Shown here: one piece after another, positions 13,351 through 25,989 of the stretch | Layout: each line of letters starts with the position of its first letter | Position numbering within the stretch: the stretch's first letter is position 1 | From: Cetorhinus maximus | Lineage: Eukaryota | Assembly: GCF_964194155.1 (NCBI RefSeq) | Contig: NC_135894.1 | Span: forward strand, 51,274,001-51,338,000 | Direction: 5' to 3' | Length of the DNA: 64,000 nucleotides | Position numbers and translations under genes: made by a program | Notes under the pieces: generated by a model | The model's input: only the letters and a program-made list of their open reading frames with translations | The model's database searches: none | What the model was told of the DNA's origin: nothing

Positions 13351-14013
13351 AAATAATCACCAGAATGATACTGAGGCCTAGAAGGTTAACTTATAAGGTA
13401 CACTGGATAAACCTGCAGTTTTTTCAATTTAGAAGATTAAGGGATGACCTGATCAAAGTACTTAAAATATTAATAGGTAGGTAGGATAGATATTGAGAAA
13501 CAATTTCCTCTGTTGGGGGAAATCAAGGTTAAGGGGACATAATCTTAAAGTGAGAACCAGGTCATTCAGCAGTGAAATCAGGAAGCACTTCTACACACAA
13601 ATAGAAAACTATATCTGTAGCCTAACAGGCTGTGGATGTTGGGCAATTTGATCTTTCAAGACTGAAATTCATAGATTTTTGTTGTTTTTGTATGAAAAGA
13701 TATGGAGCAAAGGGAAGAAATTTGAGCTGAGCTGCAGATCAGCCATGATTCAGATAAAAAGCTTGGGGGCCTGAATGGTTTACTCCTGTTGATAATGTTC
13801 CTATGTTGCTAAATTACTGTAAATATCATCTGGTGACATCCAAACAGGCGATGATTTTTTTTTAAAAGAAAGAATGTCATTTTTTCCCTTACAATCACAG
13901 ACAACAAGCAAATTACAGTCCCAGAGCAACACATTTTTTTGACAGGTTATTACGAAGGCAAACAAACATTTTCTGACTTTTGTTAAAAGAAGAATTTTAA
14001 CCCAACAATGTTA

Positions 14014-15570
14014 GGGCAGAATTTTCCGTGCCTACACCAGGTGGACTGCAGCGGTTCAAGGAAGCAGCTCCCCGCCATCTTCTCAAGGGAAACTGGAGAT
14101 GAGTAAGAAAAGCTCAACCTGCCAGAAACACTCACATCCCATGTTGTCATGGTGGGCATGAATGGACAATATGGCAGGAAGTCCAAAAATCGGTTTCATG
14201 CATCGTGAAACCAGAAGATGTCATGGGGGTGAGGTTGGGAGGAGGGGGAGGAAGTACAGGGGAGGAGGGTGTAACGGGTGAGAATGTGGTATCTGGGGAG
14301 GAAGGTGCAAAAGAAGGAGCCCAAGGGGATGAAGGAGTTCGGAGTGGGGAAGGGGTCCAGGTGGGGGAAGGAGTTTAGAGGGGGTAGGAGTCCAGGGGAC
14401 AGAGGGGTTCAGAGGGAAGGAGTTCGGGGGAGGAAGTAATTTGGAGGAGGGGAAGGAGTGCAGATGGGGGAGGAGTTTGGAGGGGGGAGGAGTCTGGGGG
14501 AGGAAGGAGTCCAAGGGGAGGAGGGCGTAAGGGTGGAGGAGGGAGTAAAGGTGGAGGTAGGAGTAAAGGTGAAGGAGTGATTAAGATTCGGGATGTCCAG
14601 GTGAATGTACAACGGAGGGGTCTGTGGAGTTGGTGACTGCTTCCTGGGGAGTGAAATGAGGGTGGGCATAGTAGGAGTGAATGGTCAGAACGACAGAGGG
14701 CAGAGCGAGCAGGTAGGCTGGGAAGGCAAGGATGCAATGGTAGCAGTGGAAGGGATGCTGAGGGTGGTTGGTGGGGATTCATAGACAGGCCCAGACCCTG
14801 ATGGTGGGAAGGATGAGGTCGGGGAGGTCAATGTGGATGGGGGTGGGATTCTCAGGAAGGTAGGGACGTGCACCTTCACCTAGACTTCCCAAAAAGGAAA
14901 GGGCTCTGGCTGGTAGGTGACGGGGGAGGTGGAAAGTGATGCCGGGGTGTCAACAGTGATGGGGGAAAGGACATGGGTGACTGGGGGAGGGGAAGGATGG
15001 GGGAGCTAAAGACATACTTCACCAGTATGATTTTGCAAAATTGAAAGTGAAAGGAGCCTCACGTTGGGTGGGAACAGGTGCTGCATGGGAGTGCGATCAG
15101 TGGGTGGGCAGAGATGCAGGTCAGCTCAGATGGACAACTGAAAGAGAACCTCAGCAGGCAGCATTGAAAATGCTCAGGACATTGAGATGAGTGTGATGGA
15201 AGAAGGATCTGCGTGAGTGGGAAAATACTTGCACGAGGCTCCAAAAGACCCTGCCACACACACACATTTCTCCTCCAGAATCACTCGTGGGCTGGCTGTG
15301 TACAGCTGAACTGCTAGTGGGGGTCGGGAGGAGGGGGATTGCAGCAGGAGGATTCACAAAGCCTGGAAATGAAGCTGAAAGACACCATTACACATTATTC
15401 AGTGGAAAGAATAAATGTTCAGATTATAAAGTGACTAAATGTGTTCACCTGTGCAGCCACTTGTGATCAGAAATTCTTAACTTTTCTAGGCGTACCACTT
15501 CTTCTAGGTGCTACCCTGACATCCGCAACAGGGGTGGGGTCAGCCTGTGCAATGGTTGACCCTGTCGGCT
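14014..15570. mobile_element. Harbinger element fragment (left end, G-rich spacer, 3' end of the Myb gene)
   Basis: TTA followed by TIR GGGCAGAATTTTCC. 14145-15300 is collinear with parts of 57090-58520. Confidence 0.8.
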
Positions 15571-15946
15571 AAGAATTTAGTTCTCTCTTTCTGAGACTCT
15601 TCCATTTTGTGCTGGAGACAAATGCCCTCCAACATATCTTCAAAACAATTGCAATCAGATTCATGCATTAAAAAAAGAGTTTAGCAGTATATACTGCACC
15701 TATGTAAAAATCCTGAATACTGGCTACGAATGTTAGTCAAGATTCTGGCTCTCAAGCTATATGCAGCCACCCTAAAATAGGCTTCTTACTTAGGTGTGTA
15801 TTCAATGTGATACCCAATAATGATAACACTGAGACTTTTTATAGAGAATTCATTTGACTAGGTATACTGGAAAATCCTTCTTGCAACACTTAAGAAAGTG
15901 ATAATTTGCAACACGTTCAGGACGTTAACTAAAATCTTCTACTTAC

Positions 15947-16063
15947 ATCACAATTCCACAGCATGTGCTGATGGTCATAATTTCCTTGTACTTCCACTCT
16001 AAGGACTAGGCAAGCATATTTCCCATCTTTCCTCCTGTTTATGGGGCATAAAAGCCTTAAGGA
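15947..16063 (-). CDS. Candidate internal exon of an unidentified host gene (tentative)
   Basis: CCTGTAG acceptor, 117 nt open frame SLRLLCPINRRKDGKYACLVLRVEVQGNYDHQHMLWNCD, consensus donor GTAAGT. No homolog recognised. Confidence 0.2.
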
Positions 16064-16391
16064 CTACAGGCATGATGGATGAAATATCAAATACCTGTGT
16101 ATATCATTAATGTACTTAACCAAACTAAAGTTTAAACTTCACTGCTGGTCAGATCCAAGTGATTGTCATATACATACTCACAGGGCTGGGAATGAAACTT
16201 ACCAACCAGTCTCCTGAATAGTTTACCGTGCATTTATCTTCAGAGGAAGACAAATAAAACCACAAATGGCAATTGTTCCTGTATTTCTGGAGGGAGACCT
16301 GGAATTTCTGGAAGATTTCTCTGGGTCTCTAAGTCCCCTTCTTAGTATGAAGCAAAAATGAGCTTCCTCCATGAGCAGGCGATTTCAAAAG

Positions 16392-16640
16392 ATGTTCTTA
16401 GGATGTGGGCAAAGTTAGAAAGGCTCTAGTGATTGATTATTCCTATTTGGCCTGCAAAGAGGGTGCCAGGTCTCTTTCATTAATTGCTGCAATCATTACT
16501 GTTATGGCGATCTCAGAATGGTTTGGGGTAGTCAATTCTAAGGTTTTGGCCCACAATAGTAAAGGAACAGTGATCTATGTCTAGTGATATATATCCAATC
16601 AGGATGAGTGTGACTTGGAGGGAAACTTGCAGATGATGGC
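16392..16640 (-). mobile_element. Old CR1 3' fragment
   Basis: GGATGTGGGC...TGTGACTTGGAGGGAAACTTGCAG is antisense to the LINE tail at 12100-12220/13225-13340. Confidence 0.65.
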
Positions 16641-18166
16641 CAATACTGAAGAAAATTGAAGTAAAATAGGATATCAATTCACTATCACCTGTTTTTCACT
16701 GCTGCTAAAACCAGTTTCACCCTTTACATCTTCAACAAATGTAATAACTATTCTCACTATTTTAATCTGTGCATTGCATTTTGTTTCTTTTCTTATATAA
16801 AGTGTTGTGTGTATGTATCTCTCATTTAACATTCATCTAAATGTGTTAGAGTGACACAACATTATTCTACTTCACATTTTTTGGCTACCAAATACAATAA
16901 TAAACTTGGCCCAATGAATAAAATATTAAAACTTCAATTATCCTTAGACCATATGCTCAGAAATGGTGCTCAATGATTTAATGTTATTTTTGCAATGAGA
17001 TATTGTTACTGTGGTAATGTCTACCAAGAGAGCTATTATTTGAAACAGAGAAATAATATTCAATATTAGACAAGGAATCTTTTTAAACAGGGCTGAGGGC
17101 TTTTGTTCCCGTCAATCAATTATTTATGCAGACATTGCTAACTGCTATGGAGATGTGCAATATTAGCAGAAGATTGTCTGTCAAGTGTATCTGGTACTGT
17201 ATCTCCTACAGCTTGGTACTGTACCTCCTAGTGCTAAACTCAGTTTATTCTGAGCAGTGTACAAAATTGCCTAGCAGATCTATAATGGAATAAAGTCAGA
17301 TTCTGTTTTGTTTTCATGCTCAGAAAGACAATTTGCAGGTGACAGTTCAGTATACTTTATCACAGTTTTACTAATCATAAAAAAGTTGAAGGACACAATG
17401 AGCATATCGTAAACACAATAAAGTTGCACTCAAAATTGAAATGAAAATATCACAACTTTGGTGATGAGTCTGCCATTTCTAGGCTGGTTATCTGTGTCTT
17501 ACAGCACCACTTGCCTGTTCCATAGCAATCTCTATTTTGTGAAGAATAAATCTCCCCTGCGCAAGTAATAAATTATTCACAAAAGTATAGCAACATTAGA
17601 GGTATATTTTGTAGTTTCATAATAAAAGTTTCACTTCTTGATAGAAATTTTACCTTCAAGATGCATTTTAAAGTGTTGACAAGTCAACATTATTTTGGGT
17701 AAGCCAATCAGAGAAATGCCAGGGGTGAAGAAAAAATCCTGGGATAAGAAACTGCTGAGGGGTAGTAAGTACATACTCATTAGAGCAGAGTGAGATACTT
17801 CAAGGCTCAGTGTTGAGGTCGCTACTGTTTCTCATTATAAATTATCAGAAACATATTGCAAATTGGTCTATTTTGTAACTGTGACCAAGCTTTGAGGTCA
17901 GAGTAATCAGGGAAAGCAGCTAGAAAGGTAAATTGGACAAAATAAGTGTGTACAAATCAACGTGGAATGAAATTAATGTGGACATTAAGTGCTGACACTT
18001 ATGTTTACACATTGAAAGGGTAAAAAACAGCATTCTTGTACCATGAATGATGTATACCATTATAGTGTGGAAATGATTAAGGCTGAAGTTAAAAGTGACC
18101 TTCAATCAAATGAAGAACAAAAAAATACTAGAAATATTCAGCAGGTCAGGCAGTATCTGTGGAGAG

Positions 18167-18406
18167 TGTTTTATATTTTATATATCTGAGAGCAATGCTG
18201 ACACAAGTTTCTATGCATGTAACAGGTTTTATATAGTGCATTAAAATATTGACTCCATGCTACAGCTCTGGCTTCCAGCTCTTTCTACAACTTGTTTACT
18301 TTTCCCTGGGTCAACACCCAGGCTTAGCCAATCAAGCTCAGTGAACATCAATAGTAAACAGACTCACATAATGAAACACAGGACAACTGAACCATTGAAC
18401 ATTACA
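18167..18406 (-). repeat. 3' LTR of the Gypsy remnant
   Basis: TGTAATGTTCAAT...ATAAAACA on the minus strand. Same terminal pattern as the LTR at 31108-31315. Confidence 0.85.
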
Positions 18407-20060
18407 TCTTTTCCCCCTTGTAAAACTAAAGTCCCTAGTTTAAATTAAACTATCCTAAACAACAAACATATGTACATCAGGTTCCTTCTTAGGGTTCAGC
18501 TTGTTCATTTTCTCTAATTACAGAAGTAGTCATCAATGTTTCAAGTAGCTTCACTATCACTAATGCTGTCTGTGATAGTAGTATGGTTAAGCATGTCAGT
18601 TACTCGATTGTGTGAACCTTGGAGAAACTCAACCTCAGAATTATACTGATGAAGAAGATCTTGCCATCTGCAGATGCATAGAGGTCATAGGCCAGATCCT
18701 AATGTGGGTAACAATGTAGTCAGCGCTTGATGATTAGTTCGGAGAGTGAATCTACCACAGAGATATATGTGCCAATGCTCACATGCGTAGATGCAGGCCT
18801 GTGCTTCTCGCTTTCTAGTAGAGTGTTAGGGGTCAGTTTATGACAATGGCCTGACGCATAAGTGATTGGTTGTTTGCTTGCTTCAATGTACTTCCTGACA
18901 CATCCATCGTGACATGAGTTTCCATTTGAAATGCATGAGGACGAGTGGAGATGCTATCTTCATCTTTAACATATTAAATGCTGTTTGCTTTGCGATTGTC
19001 CATTCCCATGTGCATATTTCCACAGCATCTTTCAAAGACACTTTGCAACCTCTGCATACTTAGGAATGAATTTGTGATAAAAGTTGATAATTCCAAGGAA
19101 CAATGTCAACTCTTTCATGTTAGACAGGGTCAGAATCACATAAATGGCTTTGATGTTGTGTGTAGGCTTTTCCCCATCTCCTGTCACTCTGTACCCTAGA
19201 AAGTCAACCTCGGGTGCCGTGAACGTGCATTTGTCCTTGTTGAGCATCAAATCCTGTTGTGCGACTTGAGTGAGCACCACTGATAACCACTGATCATGTA
19301 CTGCCTTGTCCCTTCCAAGGACAATAACATTGTCAAGTAGGTTGAGCATACACCCTCAATGTCTGACAAGACTGAAGAAATGATCTTCTGGAATGAGCTG
19401 GGTGCTGAATTTAGTCTAGAGGGCACTCTGCCATGCAGAAATACACCTTCATGAGTAAACAAATGTGCAAGATATCAGCTTTTCTCTGCTAGTGGTTACT
19501 GAAGATAGCTCCATCACATGTCAAACATCATGAAGACTGTGGAGTCATGAAATTATGCTAATTATTTATTGGATTGTAACAAGTAAATACTTACCTGGGA
19601 CAATAGCTTTGTTGACTGCCTTAAGGCAGTCCTAAGTTTGACCTAAGTTTGCCATTTTTGCGTTGTGCAATGACTAAATTTGATATCCATTGTGATGAGT
19701 CAATTTGCTCAATGATACCGTCTGCTTCTAGTCATTTCAGTTTCTAAGACACTTCGGCATGGATTGCAAACGGCAACCCTCTCGAGCACCATAACAATAC
19801 CCCTTGACCTCCCCAAATCTGATAAATAAGGAAGGTTACTGGAGTGTATAGCCTGTTCATTGATCACATTAATGTGTGCTCCAATGGGGTCTTCAAGTTT
19901 GAATTCAAGTCTATTGAACAGGTTTACCCTCATAAGGCTTCCACTTTTAGCTACATAGAACATGAACCTTTGTAGGGTGATGTTTTTGAAGCATGGAACT
20001 GTGATTGTTTTCAAATCCATAATAATAATAATAATAATCACCATCATCATCTCCGCATGT
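18167..20060 (-). mobile_element. Gypsy/Ty3 LTR retrotransposon remnant (pol, PPT, 3' LTR)
   Basis: Minus-strand FTHEGVF, SAPSSFQKIISSVL, LLDNVIV (YLDD-like), LNKDKCTF..PEVDFLGY. PPT AAGGGGGAAAAGA (18407-18419) directly precedes the LTR. Confidence 0.9.
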
Positions 20061-21700
20061 GCAGCAAGTTCCTGGTCATTGCCACTAGTTACATGAAAAA
20101 AGGTTCTTCCTCACATCCCCTCTGTATCTCTTGGTCAAAACCTTAAAACTGTGAACCATAGTACTTGCACCATCAACTAATGGGAACTACTTTTCTTTGT
20201 CTACCTTATCTAAACCTGTCATAATCTTGTACACCTCTATCAAATTACCCCTCAAACTACTTTGTCCCCAGGAGAACAACCCTAGCTTCTCCAATCTAAC
20301 TTTGTGGCTAAGATCTCTCATCACCTGAATCATTCTGACAAATCTCCTCTGCACCCACTGAAAGACCCTCACATCTTTCATAAAGTGTGCTAACAAAAGC
20401 TGGATGTGATACACCAGTTGTGGCCTAGCCAGAGGTTGATAAAGATCCAGCATAACTTGCCTACTTTTTTACTTAATATCTCAATTTATGAAGCCTTAGA
20501 TCCCATATGCATTGCTAATTACTTTAATATGTCCTGACACCTTCAAAGTTCTATGCATATGAACCCCCAGGTATCCCTGTTCCTGCACACTCTTTAGAAC
20601 TATGCCATTAAGTCTATGTTGCCTCTTTATATTCCTCCTGCCAAATTATATTGTCTCATGCCTCTCTGCATTAAATTCCATATGCCATTTTTTTGCCCTT
20701 TGTGCTAGCCAATCTATATCCTATTGCAGTTGATTGGTATCATCCTCATTGTCTACCATACTGCCTATTTTGGTATCATTGGCAAATTTTGAAAATTTAC
20801 TCTGTATTTCAATATCCAAGCCATGATCCTCTGTTTTCTGTCCTGAAGTAAACTTTTTATCCAAAGTGACATTGATCCTCCTACTCAAAAAGCTTCAGTT
20901 TTGATAACCAGCCTTTTATGCAGTACTTTATCAAAATGCTTTCTTAAAATCCATATAGATAACATTGCATTCCCTTCATTGACCTTCTCCGTTACTTCAT
21001 CAAAAAATCCAATTAGGTTAGTCAAACACAATCTACCTTTTACACATCTGGGCTGGTTCCCCTTTAATTAACTCAAACTTCTCCAAGTGCATATTATCAT
21101 TTTCCCTGATTATTGTTTGTAAAACCTTACCCACCACTGATGTTAAACTATCTGACCTGTAGTTATTAGCAATGTCCTTATACCCTTTCTTAAATTAGGG
21201 TGTCATATATGTCACTGTCCAATCTTCTCCCCTATCTAGGTAGATTGGAGGGTTATGGCAACCCTTTTGCTATCTCTACCGCCAATTCCTTTAGCAAACT
21301 AAGATGCAAGCCATCCAGACCAGGCAACTTATCCACTTTAAGTATAGCCAGCCTTTCCAGTACATCTTGCCTATCAATTTTCATCCCATCCATTACCTCT
21401 ACCATCTCTGCTTTTTCCGATATTTTGGTAGCATCCTCTTACTCAGTAAGTACAGATACAAAGTTCTCATTAATTATTCTAGCTTTGCCTTGTGCCTCGA
21501 AGCATAAATTACCTTCTTTGTCTCTATTAGGCCCCATCCCACCTCTTACCACCAGCTTACTATTTCCATGATGGTAGGCCATTTTTGGCTTCCGTTTTAG
21601 ATTAATTGCCATTCTATTCACATATTTTCTTTTTGCTGGACTTAATGTACTCTTCACTTCCTCTCTCAACTTATTATACTTGGTCTGGTTCTCAACCTAG
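20060..21700 (-). mobile_element. CR1 LINE ORF2 remnant
   Basis: Minus ORFs LYQPLARPQLVY...VQRRFVRMI...LRGNLIEVYKIM and KARIINENFVSV. Antisense DFKKAF/DKV motif near 20920-20960. Confidence 0.9.
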
Positions 21701-22921
21701 TTATTGGCAGGATCATCATTTGCTTTCAGCTTCTATGCTTGTGGAATATTCCTGACAAGGAAATCTTATTGATGTAATTGGGACACAACTTTGGCTTTTA
21801 GATTAGACCTCCACTCCTAGGCAGGCAGCCTTCCTGTGCCTGATTTGAGGTATGATGGTGCAAAGGGTAATAATACATTTGAAACGTGGTGGGATCCTCC
21901 CTGCAATTTTAATTCCTCTGTATGTACAGTTCTTGCTGGGAAGCGGGAGTGTGTCTTGGCAATTGTGCTCTTTGCTTGCTTTTGGCTTGTCAGTTTTTGC
22001 ATCCATCCCCATACAACCTATAATTCTTGATAACAATATATTAAAAAAATACAGTTTTTAAGCTTTAACTGACCATATACTTTCAATAGATACAGGATGG
22101 CCTTATGCAAGCTACTGATTCCCCTAAAGTGCCTTAGCCTGCAACAATAACTGTTTCTGCTTTTCAGCAAAAGATGCTGCACCATAAAAATTAGTAAGTG
22201 ATCCCTTAGGCATATACCATATACACAGATCTCCATGGAAATGAGCGGCCTCATAAGGCAATCTTTTTGTCGTCCAGGCGGCTGCATCAGAGCAATTATA
22301 CTAAGTCTGGAGGAGGGGCTTTATATCTATTTGGAGTATCTGACCTGTTGCCTCTACAAGTGTCAGGTCTAGCCAACATTGCTCTCTGTGCTCCTTCTTT
22401 ACCATATCCCATGTCTTGCTGCATCAGCTCATTCTAGTCAGTGAACCAGTAACATGGGCTGTTAGCTTTAGATACACCATTAGAAAACTCTGGCAATTTC
22501 AGCTCTCTGCATAACTTAAATGATAACCTTGTCTGCTTTTCTGAATTAGAATCTCCTCAGGAATACTAATTCTGCTGTTGTTGCTTTTCATCCTTTCAGT
22601 GAGTTTCATATTATTAGATTGAAAGAAATCCATTGCAGTTCTTAACAAGCTTGAAATAAGCAGAATTTATGTTTTGGTCAACCTGATTTTTTCAATGATA
22701 GACATTCACCACTTTACTCGGTTGAGCACTAAAGGCTCAATTTTACATATACAGCATGTAATGAAAGAATTTCTACACCAGTCAATACGTAAAGATATTT
22801 GCTTCATATTTTAAGCCCTGAAGAAAATACAGGCAATGCGATCTCCATTACAAAACAACTAATTTTTATTTCAGAAAAAAATATAATTCTCAACTGCTGT
22901 GGCAAAAATATTTATCAATAT

Positions 22922-23646
22922 AAGCAAGGGAAGGGAGGTAACCCAGGTGTGTGGGGGCACATATTGATCTGTAGAAGAGGCCTCAATATGGTGAGGGCTG
23001 AGGAGGCAGTCTCCAGAGGAGATGAGGCCAGATAGAGCTATGAGGGTGTGTGAGAGAATGAATGGTGATACCCCTTGAGCTGGCAGTGAGTGAGATGTCA
23101 GTGAATGTGCGATCGACTTGTGAGTGTGAGTTTAGAGTGATGAGATGGTTGCCTTATCCTGGCAGCACGGATGAGATCATTCATCCTCTTTCTGCACTGA
23201 ATGGCCAACCTCTTCTGTGCAGCATTGGCACTGACTACCTCTGCCACCGCCTTTCAAGCCGAAGTGGTGAGATTGCTGGACCTCCTATCACCAGAACGGG
23301 GGAAAAGGACATCACAGCGGGTCTCCAAAAGGCATTCCAGTGACGAGTCACTGAATTATAGCTTTCGGGGCCATGTCTTCACTAGAGCAGTCCTGGGCTG
23401 CAAACATTGAGAATGTGTGGGAGGCTGCAGTTTAGGTATGGCATCGGGAGTGAGGAAACGGCAAAGTAATGGCGTGCGGGAAATTCAGAGGCCACCTGCC
23501 AATGATAGGGCATATTTCCTGTGGCTGCATAATCAATGAGACGGGAAGCGGATAATATGGCACAAAAACCCACCCTTGCGGCTGGCGGGAGAAACGTTTT
23601 TTTTCACGCCCTCCACCACATTTAGTGCAATTCATGGAAATTCCAC
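22922..23646 (-). mobile_element. Harbinger right-end fragment with Myb/SANT exon 1
   Basis: Collinear with 28800-29536 and 47790-48484. Ends with the family subterminal motif TTAGTGCAA. Confidence 0.8.
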
Positions 23647-25989
23647 TCATAGTGTTTAATTGTTCTGTGTTTGATTATGTGAGTTTGTCTACTATTGATG
23701 CTCACTATGCTCGATTAGTTAAGCCTGGATGTGCAGGGATTATTCAGGGCAAAGTGGAAGGTTGTCTTTGAGCCCAGAGGGAGGAAGATGAGTTGAAGTT
23801 CTCCTCAGAGTGTAAGTAAAGGTCACCTTTGTCCCCATTGGGTGGAAGAGCAGTCATGTCCTTTTTTGGGGATAGCAGGAGTTTTAATATTTTCAGTAGG
23901 AGCCATGGAAGACGAAAGTTACAATCAGTGTATGATAGGAGGTTTGTTATTTTGTTTGTGTTCGGGGCAGAGGTTGATGGATTAGTTGGTGGAGGGGAGG
24001 TTAACTTCAATGATTATGGAGCCTGGAGAGTAAGGAATGCTCCTCCTGACCCCACAATAAAGTATTTGATGGCCACTTTTGTTGCCAGACCACCCCCTTT
24101 TCCACACTGCTGTCCCTCTTGACACCAATCCTTGTTCTCCCAGCCCCACTACCTCCTTTGTCCCTGACCCCTTTGATTCTAGACACTGACCCTGATCAAA
24201 TTATGTTAGCAGTGACCCAATTTCCATTGTTCTTCGCCGGTGGGTGGGCTGCTGCACAATTCTCCTTCTATTTTGACTGTGGAGAGCCTGAGACCTCACT
24301 ACTGCATTTGGATTATGCAGTTTGAACAAATAAATCCCATGGTGCTTCAGTTCTGTTCAGTGCAGATGCCTCAAGACTCTTAAATTGTGTACCGTTGATT
24401 TATTTTCCCATGCAATAAAATTGATTGAATATTCATTATCCTTGTAGATTCAATTATGACTAGCCTGCTTAACAATGCATTTACAGTTTAACTCCTTTGG
24501 ATTGATTTTGGGTGCCTGCCTACTGCCTTCCTATCATTGCTACGCTAAGGCAGGAGGCATTTTGAAGACCAAGCCTCGTCTCCATTGATTCAGCAGCATG
24601 AACCAGTTTGGTATTCTGATGCAGTTAACTGACTGGGGAGGTGCTGGGAGGAGGAGCGAGTCCCGGGGGAGCCAAACATGAGCTGACAGTTGGCAGAGTA
24701 TTTTTGTAGGGTAACAAAATTAAAGGTGAGAAAGATCTTGGGCCACTTTGTGAGCAGCTGTCAATGGTCCCTTTATGCTCCACCGATTTGTACCTTGATA
24801 TTGTATTTGAAATCCCATGTGCATCATAGGACCATGGTTTACACATTAAAATTGACCTTATACCTGAATCAGGTGGGCAATCCAGCCACTGAAAGGCCTC
24901 TACCAAGATGGCAGCAGCTAAAAAAACCATCTATTTGAGGTGGTAAGTGACCCACAGCTGTTTTCAGGCCTCTATTGATCTGTTTACACTGGACAGTTTC
25001 AGTTAAATTTGGTCCCTTGCCTCATACGTTGTCAAGCCTGCTTCAAAGGTACCTGTTTTTGAATGGTTGTGCCAGCTTCTTTGAAGCTATTGATTGAGTT
25101 TGCTATTTTTCCAGATTGCCAGATTAGAAATATATTGGTTACGTAAGTTTGAGTTAACATGGGAATGCACACTGCTCATTAGTAGGTCTGACAGCATTAA
25201 TGCACTGAGCTTTCACTCAGCTTAGCAAAGAAATGTTCCCTGGACACCCAAGACACAATTAGACATAGCAGGATTGATAACATTAGTGGACTGAAAAGCC
25301 TTACTTTGGTATACTTCTTCGTTGCCAAGCAAGTGACTGTAACCAAGATAGAATTTAGGTTACAGAAGCAGCACCCTCTAGTGACTGCTGTAGTACAGCA
25401 GTCTCTGCAATATCCCCACTAAGATGTATAATGCACCAATAATGTTTGAAAGGTTTTACAAAATTCCTTAACACTACAAGAAAATGTGTCCACTGGACCT
25501 GGACATTTCCTCCAACTTTTTAGCAACTACCTGATGCTACTTGGGACGTTAGTCACAAATTTGGGTGTTAACCTCTATAAATCATTTGAAGCCAGTGATC
25601 TCCTCAAGAACATCTGTCTGTTTCACATATATAGCTTAGGCTATAAAGCACCTGGAAGATTAGGTTCATCAGCATCTGAGGATACTTGAGACAATCACGT
25701 GACAGGTAATTTGCCAATTCAACTACTTGTATCTGTTTTTCAAATCTGTGATCAGATATGTGTCATTTTGGAAAATTTCAACAGTTAGAAAGTCACTGTT
25801 GAACTGAATTGGTCAATTGTTGGGTCTTTGTTGGCTGCTCACTGTGCTGTGTGTTATTAGTCAAGCCTGTGGGTGTGGTGACAAGAAAATTGAAAACAAA
25901 CCATAAGCATGAGAAAGCAGACATTTTAAAAGCATTGTAATAAACCTGCTGTTCACACATAGAAACTGGTGTATGTCATCTCTACATAA

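Larger units (their letters stand above)
11030..13808 (+). mobile_element. CR1 LINE 3' portion (outer element of a nest)
   Basis: CR1 C-terminal coding remnant at 11030-11215 resumes at about 13355 (TCACCAGAATGATA) and runs to a typical CR1 3' UTR (CAGATCAGCCATGAT...ACTCCTG...ATGTTCCTATG). Confidence 0.8.

Noticed and set aside
13893-13975. Additional minus-strand exon (KCLFAFVITCQKNVLLWDCNLLVVCD)
   Set aside because: Weak acceptor, and its phase does not fit the upstream candidate exon.
21803-22061. Four overlapping short ORFs, one with a hydrophobic stretch
   Set aside because: No consistent splice-site pair gives an open exon, and I recognise no motif.
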